From Octopus vulgaris (lineage: Eukaryota): 64,000 nucleotides of DNA. The position numbers were made by a program, and so were the translations under genes. The notes under the pieces are model-generated. The model saw only the letters and a list, made by a program, of their open reading frames with translations. It had not been told where the DNA came from and did no database searches. The stretch's first letter is position 1; each line of letters begins with the position of its first letter. Shown one piece after another: positions 50,009 to 64,000 of this stretch. Location of the stretch: positions 34,906,001 through 34,970,000 of the forward strand of contig OX597814.1 in NCBI GenBank assembly GCA_951406725.2, written 5' to 3'.

Positions 50009-50393
50009 ACTCACACCGAGAATTATGGGCTAATCCTTCCGGATTGTGATAGCAGAATCATAGTGCCTGGAAATCAATGCTGGTAACAATACATAGGTCC
50101 AACTTTATATTATTCATATGGCAAGAATGTGCATAGAACTGGCTGGCTGGAGTATTATATTATTCACAAGAGAAATCCGGTTAGATCTGTGAAAGGCAAT
50201 TACTTTTGGTCATTTAGTTTGTTACTCACGATTATGGTCACTCCATAGCGTCAAGCTATGGAGTCACCATACTCATTATTGCACCAAGAAGTCTACCTCA
50301 GTTGAATAGATAAATTAGGAGAGGATGAAAGAACTGAGAGAAGTCTACCCTCTAGGGCGTATATATATATTTGTATATATATAAAATAGTTAA

Positions 50394-50623
50394 GGCGGCG
50401 AGCTGGCAGACACGTTAGCGCACCGGGCGAAATGCTTAGCGGTATTTCGTCTGCCGTTACGTTGTGAGTTCAAATTCCGCCGAGGTCGACTTTGCCTTTC
50501 ATTCTATCGGGGTCGATAAATTAAGTACCAGTTACGTACTGGGGGCGATATAATCGACTCAATCCCTTCGTCTGCCCTTGTTTGTCCCCTCTATGTTTAG
50601 CCCCTTGTGGGCAGTAAAGAAAT
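50394..50623 (+). mobile_element. SINE family A, full length
   Basis: Complete head, body and tail; TATATATATTTGTATATAT occurs near both ends (probable TSD). Confidence 0.92.
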
Positions 50624-51423
50624 ATATATATTTGTATATATGTATGCGTGTGTGTGTGTGTGTATAAATAATTTATGTTAAGGTAATTGTTTCTCATTTA
50701 GCCACAGGGTTAGTTAGTTTGAGGGGCGAATTAGTGAGTTTATCGATATCATTGAGATCCACTACAGTCACATTCTTTTGCGGAACCTGAATGTATGAAG
50801 GCCAACAAAGACATCGTTCGAATTTGAAACTCAGAACGTAACGAGACGGAGGAAATACATTGAAGCATTTTATCTGATACGCTAACTATTCGGTCAACCC
50901 CCACCTCCCATACCTTTTATATTACAAGATATTAAGATAAATCAGAGAAAAGTACTCTATATGACATTTTGACGAGAATCTAATTAGGGATTCAATGAAA
51001 CCTCGGCTTCGAATATGAATTATAAATGTCTCTCTCTGTCTGTCTGTCTCTCTCTCTTTTTCTCTCTCATTCCTGTTTCACCCTGACACATGCACAGACA
51101 TACACACACACAAGCATACACACACATACACACACACTCATATATGCTATAAGCTCTAATTTAAAAAAACAATCAGGACCACAACGATTGAAGCGCTGTA
51201 CGCATTGTAAGATACACACAGGGTTACATGATTTATTCATATAGTTTATCTCTACAATATATAATTCGTTTCACCGGGAGACCATCATCTTGCTTTGTAA
51301 ATGAAAGGATTTCTCTCCTCAAGATACTGGTCTACGTATGAATCAAATAAATCGTGGAGAGATAAACTCTCTGAATAAATTATCTATATAAATACATACA
51401 TACATATATGCGTACGTACATCC

Positions 51424-51469
<46 letters not shown>

Positions 51470-51529
51470 GATAAATATATATACATATATATTATATATA
51501 TATACATATTTATATATTCATACATAAAT

Positions 51530-51560
<31 letters not shown>

Positions 51561-52289
51561 CGTCCATCGATACACACACAGATATAGCGTAGGGTGTAGA
51601 GTTAAGGTAAATTTTCTTTTATATTATACTGAAGCAGCGGCCATTAACTGACTAATGGGTTCAATGCGGAATAGAAGATAATATTGATTGTAATTTTGTG
51701 GACTGTCAACGCATCAACAATAAATGTATGTGCAATTGGTCAAGTGTGTGTGAGTGACAGAACATGTGAGTGCATGTGTGCGTTTGTGTGTGTGCGTCTG
51801 TGTTTAAGTGTGTGTGTGTGGCATATGTTCATGTGTAAGAGGGTGAACGACGAGGCGCTGTGGAAAGATTAGTTCCTAACACATTCCACAACGGTCTAGA
51901 TTCTTTTACAATGTAAAGAGGTAAGAAGGATGACAAGGATGGCATGTAGAAGAGAAGGAGGATGGTTAAAAAGGGATTACGAAACGAGTTACCGAGAAAA
52001 CAAAATTGATGATGCTGATGGTGATGACGAAAAGCATGTGCTGGTGATGATGACGATGATGATGATGATGTTGACGGCAACGTCGAGGTTGATGACGACG
52101 ATGACAATGCTGCTGCTGATGGTGATAGTGATGATAATGACGACGGCGACGACGATGATGATGATGATGATGATAATGATGTTCTTGATGATGACGAAGT
52201 GTTCATATTGATTCGAGAAAATGAGGAGAAAATGGGTGAAGGGAAATGCAGAATGATGACTGATGGTGCTGAGGATTAGGAAAATGATC

Positions 52290-52317
52290 AATGATTGATG
52301 ATGATGACGATGACGAA

Positions 52318-52373
<56 letters not shown>

Positions 52374-52397
52374 CGACGACGACGACAGCGGTGGTGG

Positions 52398-52460
<63 letters not shown>

Positions 52461-52578
52461 CGATGATGATGATGATGATGATGATGACGACGACGACGAC
52501 AGCGGTGGTGGTGATGATGATGATGATGACGAAGATGATGATGATGATGACGATGATGATGATGATGATGATGATGAC

Positions 52579-52626
<48 letters not shown>

Positions 52627-53097
52627 GATGATGATGCTGATGATGATGACGACGACGACGACGACAGCGGTGGTGGTGATGATGATGATGATGACGATGA
52701 TGACGATGACGATGATGATGATGACGATGACGATGGTGATGGTGATTTGGATGAAGATTGGGTTCGAAACAGATAGTGTCGGATGTGATGACGAGTAAGT
52801 TGGTGATAAAAATGCAGCTGTATGGCAATAGAAATAAGGTAGACGACGAAAAAGATAAATGAAGATAAAAGAATGAGAATCAGAGACAAGACGAAAACGT
52901 TAAACTAAAAAACCTAAAAACTAAAAAAAAACAAAACAAAACAAAAACTGAAGCTGCTCGTTTGTGCTAAAAGAAGATAAAAGACAAACAAAAGAAAATT
53001 CAGGTGATGATAATGATTAACCATAGTAGTGATGGTGGTGGTGGTGGTGGTGGTGGTGGTGGTGGTGGTGGTGGTGGCAGAAGCGACGGTGATGGTT

Positions 53098-53133
<36 letters not shown>

Positions 53134-53254
53134 GTGAGGATAAACAGAGGGGTAAAGTGGTAGAGGACAATGACAAATACGACGATCGTGTTAATGATGG
53201 TGATGGTGTTGGTGAAAATGATATTGCTGTTGTTGCTACTGTTTTTGTTGTCGT

Positions 53255-53288
<34 letters not shown>

Positions 53289-53407
53289 AATGATGTTTGG
53301 AAATATAACAGTTAGAATGAAGGTAATGATGAGAATGATGAAGATGATGATGATGACGACGAAGACGGCGATGACGACGATGATAATGATGATTGTGATG
53401 TTGTTGT

Positions 53408-53461
<54 letters not shown>

Positions 53462-53592
53462 CGATCATGATGATGTTTGGAAATATAACAGTTAGAATGA
53501 AGGTAATGATGAGAATGATGAAGATGATGATGATGATGATGACGACGAAGACGGCGATGACGACGATGATAATGATGATTGTGATGTTGATA

Positions 53593-53650
<58 letters not shown>
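52290..53650. repeat. (GAT)n/(GAC)n/(GGT)n compound microsatellite with higher-order duplications
   Basis: Direct tandem repeats. Confidence 0.95.
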
Positions 53651-54378
53651 GACTGAGGAGAAGGATAATGATTTAGATGACCAATTGAAAAGGTAAAAAG
53701 GAAAAAAAGAAAACGTGTAGACCTAAATAAAGATAAAACACCACAGCAGAAGCAAAAACAACAAAAAAAAAAAACAAAAAAAACAAAAAAAAAAAAAAAT
53801 AATAAAAGAAAAGTGGAAAATAAAAAAAAAACAACTAAAAAAGTAAAAATGAATAAAATAAATAAATAAATAAATAAATAAATAAATGATGAGACAAAAT
53901 AAAAAGAAGTGAAAGAAGAAGATGATGCTGATGATGAGAAGAAAAAAGTAAAAACAGATGATGATGAAGGAAGGAAAAAAAAGTGAAAGAAGATTAAGTT
54001 AATTACGAAAAACGACAACAACGACGATTATGTTAGGAAGGACGACGAGGGTGAGGACGGCGGAGAGGTTGGTGGAGCGCAAACAACCCAGTTTGCGTTA
54101 ACATAGCGGTGAACTATTTATAGGACAACTGGGAGACATAAGCTATAAACCAAGAATATTAGCTCTCTGCTTTCATGTATGTATGTATGTATGTATGTAT
54201 GTATGTATGTATGTATGTATGTATGTATGTATGTATGTACGTATGTATGTATGTATGTATGTATGTATGTATGTATGTATGTATGTGTGTATATATTTAT
54301 GTATTTATGTATGTATGTATGCATGTATGTATTTTACATACATATAGAAGTATATAATGCACATAGATATACTGCATA

Positions 54379-54427
<49 letters not shown>

Positions 54428-54589
54428 ATAAATATTCGTATATATATGCGTGTGAATGTTTGTAAGGATGCATACATACCTGAATGAATATACGTATGTG
54501 CATACACACATATATATATATATATATACATAAAAATTTACATATATATATAGATACACGTACATATTTGTACATTCGTGTGTACACAC

Positions 54590-54636
<47 letters not shown>

Positions 54637-54748
54637 CATATATATATTTGTACATGTATATGTACGTATTCATACAGACATACAAAAGCAAGTACACACT
54701 TAAAATAGTTAATGTTGTTTTGTTTTGTATGTGTCTACATATATGTAC

Positions 54749-54815
<67 letters not shown>

Positions 54816-54888
54816 CATATTTATTTATATATATACATACATATACTTATTTGTGTATGTGTATATATGCATATACGTATCTGTGTGC

Positions 54889-54967
<79 letters not shown>

Positions 54968-54970
54968 CAC

Positions 54971-55041
<71 letters not shown>

Positions 55042-56316
55042 TATATACGTATGTATGTATATATATGTATGTATGTATATGTTTCTTTCTTAATCTCTCC
55101 AGCAGCATGAACAAAAGAACAGTTGAAAGCCAGGCATGATATCACACGAGGCTCATAAAACGATTCGATAATTTGAGCAACATCGCACTGTTTTTGACAC
55201 GCCAAGTCTTTCAGTTCCTTTTCTCAGTTCTCTTAGTTCTGTTTTTTTTTGTATTCTTTTATTCTTTTATACCATTAACGTACACACACACACACTTACA
55301 CTTATATATACGCACCCTCCAGCTCATCCTCTCTCTCTCTCTCTCACTTTCTCTAACATATTGCTTCTTGCTCTCCTTGCTGTTTACTTCGTCTTCGCCA
55401 TCTTTCCTGCAATCGTTATACTTTCTAGTATTCCTGTACATGTTAGTTAATAAAATAGAGGGGAAAATATATTTTTCCATTCTATATGTCCTTTATTATT
55501 TTTATTCTTGTACTGTTCCTGCTGCCGTAGTTGCTGTTGTTATTGTTGTTATTGTTGTCCTCACCACTGCAATTTCTGTTATTGTATTTGTTGGTCTTAC
55601 TTTTGTGGTGTGGTTAATGCTGGTGCTATTGTTGTTTGACTATTGCTGTCTGTTTTGCAGTTCTTATTTTTGCTAGTATTGTAGTATTGATGTTCGTTAT
55701 TGATGTTCTTGTTGGTGTTGCTGTCACAATTGTTGTATGAATATTTGCTGTTGCTGTTGTAAGTGTTGTTGCTGCTGTTAGCATTGTACTATAGATATTT
55801 ATATTTCTCTGTTTTTTTTTGTATTTTCCCTTTTTCCTTTGTTCGTTGTTGTTATTGTTAATATTGGCATTTTCACTATTGTTGTTGTTGTTAGAATTGG
55901 TAGAGGCGTTGATGTGTGCTGTTTTTGTGACGAATGATATTTTTATTGTTTTCTTAGTGGTTTTTATTACTGTAGTGTGTCAGTTGACGTTATTGTCGTA
56001 GTACTTGTAGGACTGGTGATGATATTGATGGTGTTACTATTGAAATTTATTGTTATTTTTAGAGAATATTCAGTCAGTATTGTGGCAGAGTATTTTTTTG
56101 TGGTACTGTGAATCTAGTTTTGGGGATACTTTTAGATGTAGTTCTCGTCATTGGTGGCTCTAGTGGCGATTAAATGTTACCTGCATTGGCATTGTTGTCA
56201 TAGATGTATACACACACATATATATATACACACACACACGTATATATATATATATAGTCCGTAAAAAACATAAATCCGATAGACGAAGCACACTCTAGAT
56301 ATAGAGCAGTATATAT

Positions 56317-56559
56317 TAAAAATGGGGAAGGCCGGTTTATGGGATTGCCTTAGGTTTCCCATCCATAAAGGGTTTAGCATAATGGTGTCTCGTCAGATCC
56401 TAAAACCCATTGGCTCAAGACCTCTTAAGAATATTCATAAGAATATTCTTATTCTTAAGAGGTCTTGGGTCAACAGGTTTGGGAAACTGACGATACGCCA
56501 TAAAGCTAAACCCTTTATGGATGGGAAACCTAAAGTAATCCCATAAACTGGCTTTCCCC

Positions 56560-56566
<7 letters not shown>
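56317..56566. mobile_element. 250-bp imperfect palindrome with a hammerhead motif on each strand
   Basis: Arms are reverse complements. CTGACGA at 56487-56493 (+) and 56396-56390 (-), each followed by stem II, GAAA and ATCCC. Confidence 0.75.
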
Positions 56567-56638
<72 letters not shown>

Positions 56639-56883
56639 GTGAATGGAAGAAATGGAGTTGAACGAAGATTGTACAGAATTCCTTTTATTACATTCTACAC
56701 ATTATCGTTTGTCGAGCAAAGGATAATTTCCATATATTAAACTTCAATTATCCGCAGCAACGCACGGTTGCAACACCATATGGTCTTATCTCCAACCGTG
56801 TTTCTTTCTGCTGTGATTTTTGCTACCCAGGTATCGGTTAAACTTTTGAATAATCTGTAACAAGAAAATTCATCTTTCCATTT

Positions 56884-56939
<56 letters not shown>

Positions 56940-56943
56940 TAAA

Positions 56944-56992
56944 TAAAAAAACCGCGATAGGTGAACCGCGATATGGCGAGGGTTTAGTGTAT
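56944..56992. mobile_element. Possible pogo/Tigger-like terminal inverted repeat fragment
   Basis: AACCGCGATAGGTGAACCGCGATATGGCGAGGGTTTAGTG-TA resembles such termini (subterminal repeats, TA end). No partner TIR found. Confidence 0.35.
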
Positions 56993-57414
56993 ATATTACT
57001 CACACACACACAAGACAAAGCTTCTGACCAGCATTAGTGCTTGCCATACTTGATTAAATAGCCTCACCTTATGAAGTCATTCAAGTGGTATTTAAGCTAT
57101 ATTTTTGCAACACCCTAGCGCATACCTGTAGGGGATTGTTTGTCTAAAGATACAGTGCTGGTGATGTGTTTTAATTTTTGTGGGGAATTTGGGAGTACTA
57201 TTTAAAGGTTATGTTGTATAATTTTCTCTACGATATATTTTGGAGTAGCTTTGAGGAAAGACGAGCCAGCAGATGTTGTTAAAATAACCGGGTCGTTGAT
57301 GAGTCGTGTACTGCAAGCTCGTGTTTGTGTGTGTGGGTCGTTGATGAGTCGTGTACTGCAAGCTCGTGTTTGTGTGTGTGTGTGTTTGTGTCTATAAATA
57401 TAAATATATATATC

Positions 57415-57820
57415 TTTTAATCTTTTATTTATTTCAGCCATTTGACTGCAGCCATGCTGGAGCACCACCTTGAAGAGTCTTAGGTGAAGAAATCGACCTC
57501 AGGATTTATACTTTGTAAGTCTAATACTTATTCTATCGATCTCTCTTGCCGAACCGCTATGTTACGGGGACGTAAACACGCCAACATCGGTTGTCAAATG
57601 ATAGTGTGGATAAACACAGACAAAGGCATACACACATTCATAAATACGTATATTTATACGACGAGCTTCTTTCAGTTTCCTTCTATGAAGTCCACTCACA
57701 AGGCTTTGGTTAGCCCTAGGCTATAATAGAAGACACTTGCCCAAGGTGCCACGCATTGAGACTGAACCCGGAATCATGTGGTTGGAAAGCAAGCTTCTTA
57801 CCACACAGTCATGCCCGTGC
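57415..57820 (-). mobile_element. SINE family B, diverged
   Basis: Colinear with 14417-14826. Confidence 0.85.
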
Positions 57821-57934
57821 ATGCACACACACACACACATACACACACACATACACACACACATACACACACACACACATATGTATAAAACCAGTCGCTA
57901 TGCTTGATTCCTAAATCTACAATTTAACAAAAAA

Positions 57935-58089
57935 ATTTCTTTCTGTTTATTTTCTCTTATGCCTTTCTGTTGAAGAGTGTAGGCTCGAAACGTAAAAGAC
58001 TTTCTCAGTTTCCCAAGCGTCAAAGTAATGCCCCTGCTCGTTGTTAATACACCTGTATTCGTCTTTTGTTATTCTGTAAATTTCAACTA
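57935..58089 (+). mobile_element. Solo PLE terminal repeat with the CUGUUGA motif
   Basis: CTTTCTGTTGAAGAGTGTAGGCTCGAAACGTAAAAGAC...CACCTGTATTCGTCTTTTGTT matches 25920-26040; ends at (CA)n. Confidence 0.8.
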
Positions 58090-58844
58090 CACACACACAC
58101 ACACCCAAACATACACACACACACACACACACACACCCAAACACACACACACACATACACACACTCACCAATTCTTATCGTTTGTCGAGCCAAGGATAAT
58201 TTCAATAAGTCAAAATTTTACTTTGTATGCTATTTAATATAACTTCACTCGCTTCGAAGTCAACATTGATTCAACGAATCCCCCTCAGGCATTTCATTCA
58301 ACCCTTTTTTTTTCTCTCCCTCCACACCATGAAATATCCATATTCTCTACTCTTTTTGTGTATGTCTACTAAATCCTTCCTTTGCTAGAGTCATTGAGGA
58401 CAACAATTGCGCTGATAGCGCAAAATGAGGTAGGAATCCAACTATCCTCTTCTGTCAAGAAACTAACAACCTGTCTACTTGTTAGCGGTATATTAATTTT
58501 GTGGATTACTTGAATCTAGAGATTAGTACGCCTATTCATTCAGAATCGGTCGTAATTGCCACCAGGCATTTGTTTACTGTCTCTCTGAATGGAAAATATT
58601 TCGAGTAATTGACAAATTTATATTCTATAATATTCACTAGGTCTTTCTTCGACGTTCTTGCCTAAATTCAAGCCAAATCGCACACTGCTTTCCTTCTCAT
58701 GGCTGAATGTGTGCTCGTGTGGCTATGTGTGTATGTCATTGTGTGTATATGAGTTTGTCTGTTTATATATATATATATATATATATACCTGTATACGTGT
58801 ATGTGCATATATATATATATATATGAATGTATATATATATATGA

Positions 58845-58881
<37 letters not shown>

Positions 58882-58953
58882 TGAGTGTATGCATGATATA
58901 TAGACATAGATACAAACACACTCATATATATATATATATATATATGTAAATAC

Positions 58954-58984
<31 letters not shown>

Positions 58985-60431
58985 CGTGTGTGTGTGTAAA
59001 ATGACACACGCGCATATATCTATATATAGAAAGTGAGTCTGTTTTTCTCAGTCTCTCTAAATATATATGAAATTTGCGTGTCTGTATATACATTATTATA
59101 TACATTATGTATATGTATATATAGGCAATATATATATATATATATATATAGGCACATACACACATACATACATATATAATATATATATATTGTAGGTATA
59201 TTTTATATGTATGCGTTCATACACAAATGCCTGTACGTTTGCTTTGTGTGTGCATACGTATATGTGCTTGGTTGTGTGTGCTCGTGTGTGCGTGTGTTTG
59301 TATGTACATGTGTTTGCCTGTGTGCATGTGTGCGTGCGTGCGTGTGCGTGCGTGTGCGTGAGTGTTTGTATGTGTGCGTATTTGTATGTGTTTTGTGCGA
59401 TTTCCCGATACAAATCAAACACCTATTGAGAAAATCTCATTATTTTAATTATGTACACACGCAAGCAAGCGCAAAATACACTCTCATATAAATATTTCTT
59501 TTCTTTTCTGTTCTGTTCTTTCTATGTTTCCTTCTTTGTCACACCGTCTGTCTCTCTTCCTATAGACAAACACGCAATCTCGAATACAGTTCGTTTGTAA
59601 CTCTTTTTTTTTTTGTACAATAAACTCAACAGTGCATGTTGCACAGTAAGTAAAAATGTTTGTAAATTGGTGATATATGTTCTGTTAAGATAACAATCAA
59701 AGATTTCATACTGCATTTTCAGACGCTTTTTTCTTTAACGAACGAACTCGATGAGTAAGTAGACGAGTCATGGCTGAAATCAAACAGTTGTTAAACGTAT
59801 GAGAAATCACGTAACCTGTTCTCTTAGATGGTATTAAATTTCGGTTAGTATGTCAGCAGATTCTTCTTCACCAATAAATATTTTAAAATATAAATAAATA
59901 AGTAATAAATAACTTGGTGATACGATGGAAATGGTTCTGCTTAGAGTATTAGTATTCAGTATTTAGTAAGGTTTGTTTGTTTGTTTTTTTACTTTACATG
60001 AGACCAATATTTTAAAATCTGTTATTCCCCATGGATCCCGTGTTTATATGTTTCCCTTCAGACGAATTTTGACAATGCACCGATTTAACCTAGACGATAA
60101 AATATACGTTCTGTTGTTAGGTTGATTGAGTCATTGAAAGAAACTATGTTGTTTATTAAATATTCTGTTGTTTTTTTTTATTCGGTGTGAACGTTTTTTT
60201 CTCCAAGGCATTTTCGCTACAGGTAGGAATTACAGTTTTAGCCGATTAAAATCACTATTTGCATTTATTTTTATGACAGAGGCGGTGTTGACAGGGAGGC
60301 TGTAACACCACTTTATATTGTTTCTGTTAAATAACAGGTTTGATTTTTAGTAGTTTGGTAAATGTACGTAGGCACAATTAGGAATAATATTCTTAAATTC
60401 TAACATTCTTATTGCATGTATTCTCGGCATA

Positions 60432-60554
<123 letters not shown>

Positions 60555-60899
60555 GCCTACATATAAGCTTATATATATATATATATATAACTATATATGT
60601 GTATAAATTCATATACACTTAGATTTATATATATGCATATTTATATATAATATATAATATAATATAATATTATATATATATATCTAAATCTCTGTATATA
60701 TATATATATATATATATGTATATGTATATAGCTATATATATATATATATATATGTATGATAAATAAAATATATGCATACATACATACCTATATGTACGTA
60801 CCTACATCTACATGTATATATACATGCATATATAAATATATATATACGTGAGTGATGTAGGTAAATACATATATGTATGTATGCATATATTTTATTTAT

Positions 60900-61700
60900 T
60901 AAATATTTGCATGACTGAGCGCCCTCGCGTCATTTCGTTTCGTTTCCTTTCTGTTCTCCAAGTAAGTTTTTTATATATAATTATGACGCGAAACTCTATA
61001 ACCCTTTGCTTGACCTTCCCTTCCTTCCTATCTGTCTTCCTCTTTACCTGTCTCTGTCCTTCTTATTTTTCACTCCTTATTTTTCACCCCTTCTGGTTTC
61101 CTTTCCTCTCTATCTCTCTCTCTCTCTCTCTCTTCACTCCTCCTCATTTCTCTTACAGCCGGGTCGACCAACTTCCTTTCGCTGGCGGCCTCCTACAAGT
61201 AAACACGCTCTTTTCCTGCGCTCTTAAATTTTTCCTCGTGTAGGCTAAAAAAAGGCCCTCATTGTTTGTTTTCCTGTTTGTTTTTATTTCTTGTACTGTA
61301 TTTTTTTGTATTTGTTTTTTTATTCGTATTTTTATTTGTATTATTTTTACGTCCTGTTTTTGTCACATTTTTTTCTTTTATTTGTTTTTACCCCTCTGCA
61401 AAGGAATTTTATTTAATTCTTTCGCAGGAAGGGCTAGTTCGACGAGTCGTGTTCTGTCCTTACCTTTGAAACACGCATGGAGTCGAACTAGGGACAGCTG
61501 ATGAAGGGGAATTTTCCTTGTGTTGTTTGTCCTGTACTCTGTTTTTTCGTTGTTAAAAAAGGTCCGTTTCCATGTTTGTTTTTACGTTTTCGTCTCTCGT
61601 TGAGTTCTACGTCTATTTGTGGTGTCCTGTACTCACGTATATATATTTATATATGCATGTATATATACATGTAGATGTAGGTACGTACATATATGTATGT
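60900..61700 (+). mobile_element. Probable PLE-type 3' region (pyrimidine tract plus terminal repeat shared with 15058-15240)
   Basis: Same organisation as 25170-26060; the last part is repeated at 15058-15240. No coding evidence. Confidence 0.45.
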
Positions 61701-61707
61701 ATGTATG

Positions 61708-62364
61708 CATATACAGGTTACAAATTCTGTTTGTTTGTGGAGCCTTTTTTATTAGTAGAAGAAATAGTGATCAATTTGGCTGCTATTTCTAATATTTTCG
61801 GTATGTGGTTTTGAGCAACTTGTTGCAATTAACCCTTAATTATAATTATTATAAACCTTACCAAATATGGTCTTTTCCATACCGATAAATCTACTAGGTG
61901 AAATTTATTAATTTTATTAAATTAATTATATTCCACCCTTTTTTGCATATTGAATACAATTGCTCCCTTACAAGAAATGTTTTTGTAGCCCACGTGGTAA
62001 TTTTGGAGGGAGATATGAATTCGCATGTCTGTATAAGTGTAGGAATGCTAGCAGTTTCGTTAGATCGTTCGATGTCGCTGGTCGAGCTGGTGTAACGGGT
62101 GAGTTTTTCCCCTAGCATTTCTCGATTTATAGGAAATATAATATTGACAAGGAAATGAGCCTTCGGTTCTAATCCAGAAACGATTGGTCTATAATTAATC
62201 CATACGCTAGGATTTCGTTATTTTCTTCCTTTTTTGCCATATACAGGTTACAAATTCTGTTTGTTTGCGGAGACTTTTTATTAGTAGAAGAAATAGTGAT
62301 CAATTTGGCTGCTATTTCTAATATCTTCGGTATGTGGTTTTGAGCAACTTGTTGCAATTAACCC

Positions 62365-62373
<9 letters not shown>
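61708..62373 (+). mobile_element. Non-coding element with about 135-bp terminal direct repeats, period about 530 nt
   Basis: 61708-61844 is repeated at 62238-62373 with a few differences; ends in (TA)n. Confidence 0.75.
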
Positions 62374-62402
<29 letters not shown>

Positions 62403-62422
62403 GTGCACATACAGGACGCACA

Positions 62423-62490
<68 letters not shown>

Positions 62491-62510
62491 CATACATACA
62501 TACATACATA

Positions 62511-63399
62511 TGAGGAGCTACTCCAATTAACCGGAAACGTTTTCTGTGGGACAATCCCCTTGTAGTTCATGCTTCTGCCACCATAAGCCACTTGATGCGA
62601 TCCTCAATCATGAGTCTGCCGACCGGCATTTTCTCTTGAGATCGTACTGCAACGTGGTGCATCCTTACTTTGCTTTTCTCCTGTTCGTCGATTTTTGCGA
62701 TGGCTGAAACTAAGGAACAGCGTGCTTCCGTGAAATTCTGTTTTCTTCTGGAGAAAACGTCTCCCGAAACAGTTGCCATGCTTCAAATGGCTTACAAAGA
62801 CGTTGTCATGAGCAAAACACAAGTTTACGAGTGGTTTCTACGCTTTCGGAATGGAAACTTGTCACTTGAAACCAACGTCTTTCAGGGTGACCGTCGACCT
62901 CCCGAACGAATGAAAACGTTATGAACTTTGGAGGACCGTCACCGAACACTAACGAACTTGTTGATATGACAGGTATGTCGTGGAACTCCCGTCAACGAAT
63001 TTTGAGCGAGGAATTGTGAATGGAGTTGCAGCAAAATTTGTGCCTTGCTTGTTCATGGAAGATCAAAAGCAGTTACGACTGAATGCGAGTTGAAAACTGA
63101 AAGAACAGTTGAAAGTTGATCTAGACCTTTTTTTGAAGGTCATCACTGGTGACGAATGCTGGTGCTACGAAATTTGCAGATGTGGGTGAAGTGAAAAAAA
63201 AAAAACAAAAAAAACAACGGAGGCGTTAAAACGCATCACTTCGTCGCAAGAGTTCCAACATTGCTTCCCACTGTGGAAAACATTTCTGGACCGATGCATT
63301 GCTTCAAATGGAGAATACTCTGAAGGCGATAAAATTGTAAACATGTAAAACTAAGTAAAGGAAATAATATTGCAAAATTTCAGTTTCTTTGTGGTTCTC

Positions 63400-63404
<5 letters not shown>
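62511..63404 (+). mobile_element. Internally deleted mariner transposon
   Basis: MAETKEQRASVKFCFLL...VYEWFLRFRNG (HTH), AAKFVP, VITGDECWCY. Degenerate TIRs TGAGGAGCTACTCCAATTAACCGGAA and TTTCAGTTTCTTTGTGGTTCTCCCTCG. Confidence 0.88.
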
Positions 63405-63493
<89 letters not shown>

Positions 63494-64000
63494 ACACACA
63501 TACAAACTCCCACATACATAACATAACATTCGTACATACAAAACATACACACATACATACATGCGTACACACACAAACATACACACACAAACATACACAC
63601 ACATATATTTATGCATGTTTTGTATGTACAGATGTATGTATGTTTTGTATGTTTTGTATGTACATAACATTCGTACATACAAATCATACACACATACACA
63701 CACACACACATATGCATGTATGTGTGTTTTGTATGTACGAATGTATATATGTGTTTGCTTGTGTTTACGTACGTGTGTGTAATGCTAGAGGTTCTGAGTC
63801 ATGTTCGATTTTCTCGGAGTAAACCTCATTAATACAACTGTATGCCTCATTGGAAGGTGATAATAGAAGACAGGTGGCATTATAGCTCTGTCATCATAGA
63901 ACATGTTTATAAAGCTACCACACTATTCCAGTAGTAAATCAGAAAACCCCCAACTCATTCAGACTTGCCGACAGAACACTAATTCAATACTAATATATTT

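Noticed and set aside
50394-50480. tRNA-like A/B boxes
   Set aside because: SINE heads followed by SINE bodies; no complete cloverleaf, so not tRNA genes.
51989-54021. Poly-His, poly-Asp, poly-Ser and poly-Met ORFs
   Set aside because: All frames of a (GAT)n microsatellite; open only because the repeat lacks stops.
57290-57380. 45-bp tandem duplication resembling a CRISPR or regulatory repeat
   Set aside because: Two adjacent copies without spacers; a simple slippage duplication in eukaryotic DNA.

Overview
Eukaryotic, AT-rich, microsatellite-saturated intergenic or intronic DNA. I found no convincing host exon. The SINE repertoire and microsatellite load suggest an octopod cephalopod (inference). 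Most ORFs in the track are microsatellite translations. Real coding remnants are all transposons: a Tx1/L1-clade LINE inside (TATC)n (1181-3382), a Penelope-like element (PLE) with RT and GIY-YIG domains (23796-26060), an RTE LINE (32194-34650, minus), R4/Dong-type RLE retroelements (39560-42970 plus fragments) and mariner relics (7358-8110, 26420-26560, 62511-63404). Dozens of tRNA-derived SINEs from several families are present. The main unexplained signal is a set of small non-coding elements inserted in (TA)n/(CA)n runs that carry type I hammerhead ribozyme (HHR) motifs. They include a 536-nt-period partial tandem with a complete canonical HHR (47523-48262), a rod-like family with HHRs in both polarities (16111-16514, 56317-56566), a PLE terminal-repeat family with a fixed CUGUUGA core variant, and several fold-backs. 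Together they look like a PLE-mobilised retrozyme or viroid-like RNA system. Two SINE observations also stand out: one family shares its 3' tail with the Tx1 LINE, and two heads and two tails occur in all four combinations. All structures were read by eye; nothing was folded or searched computationally.
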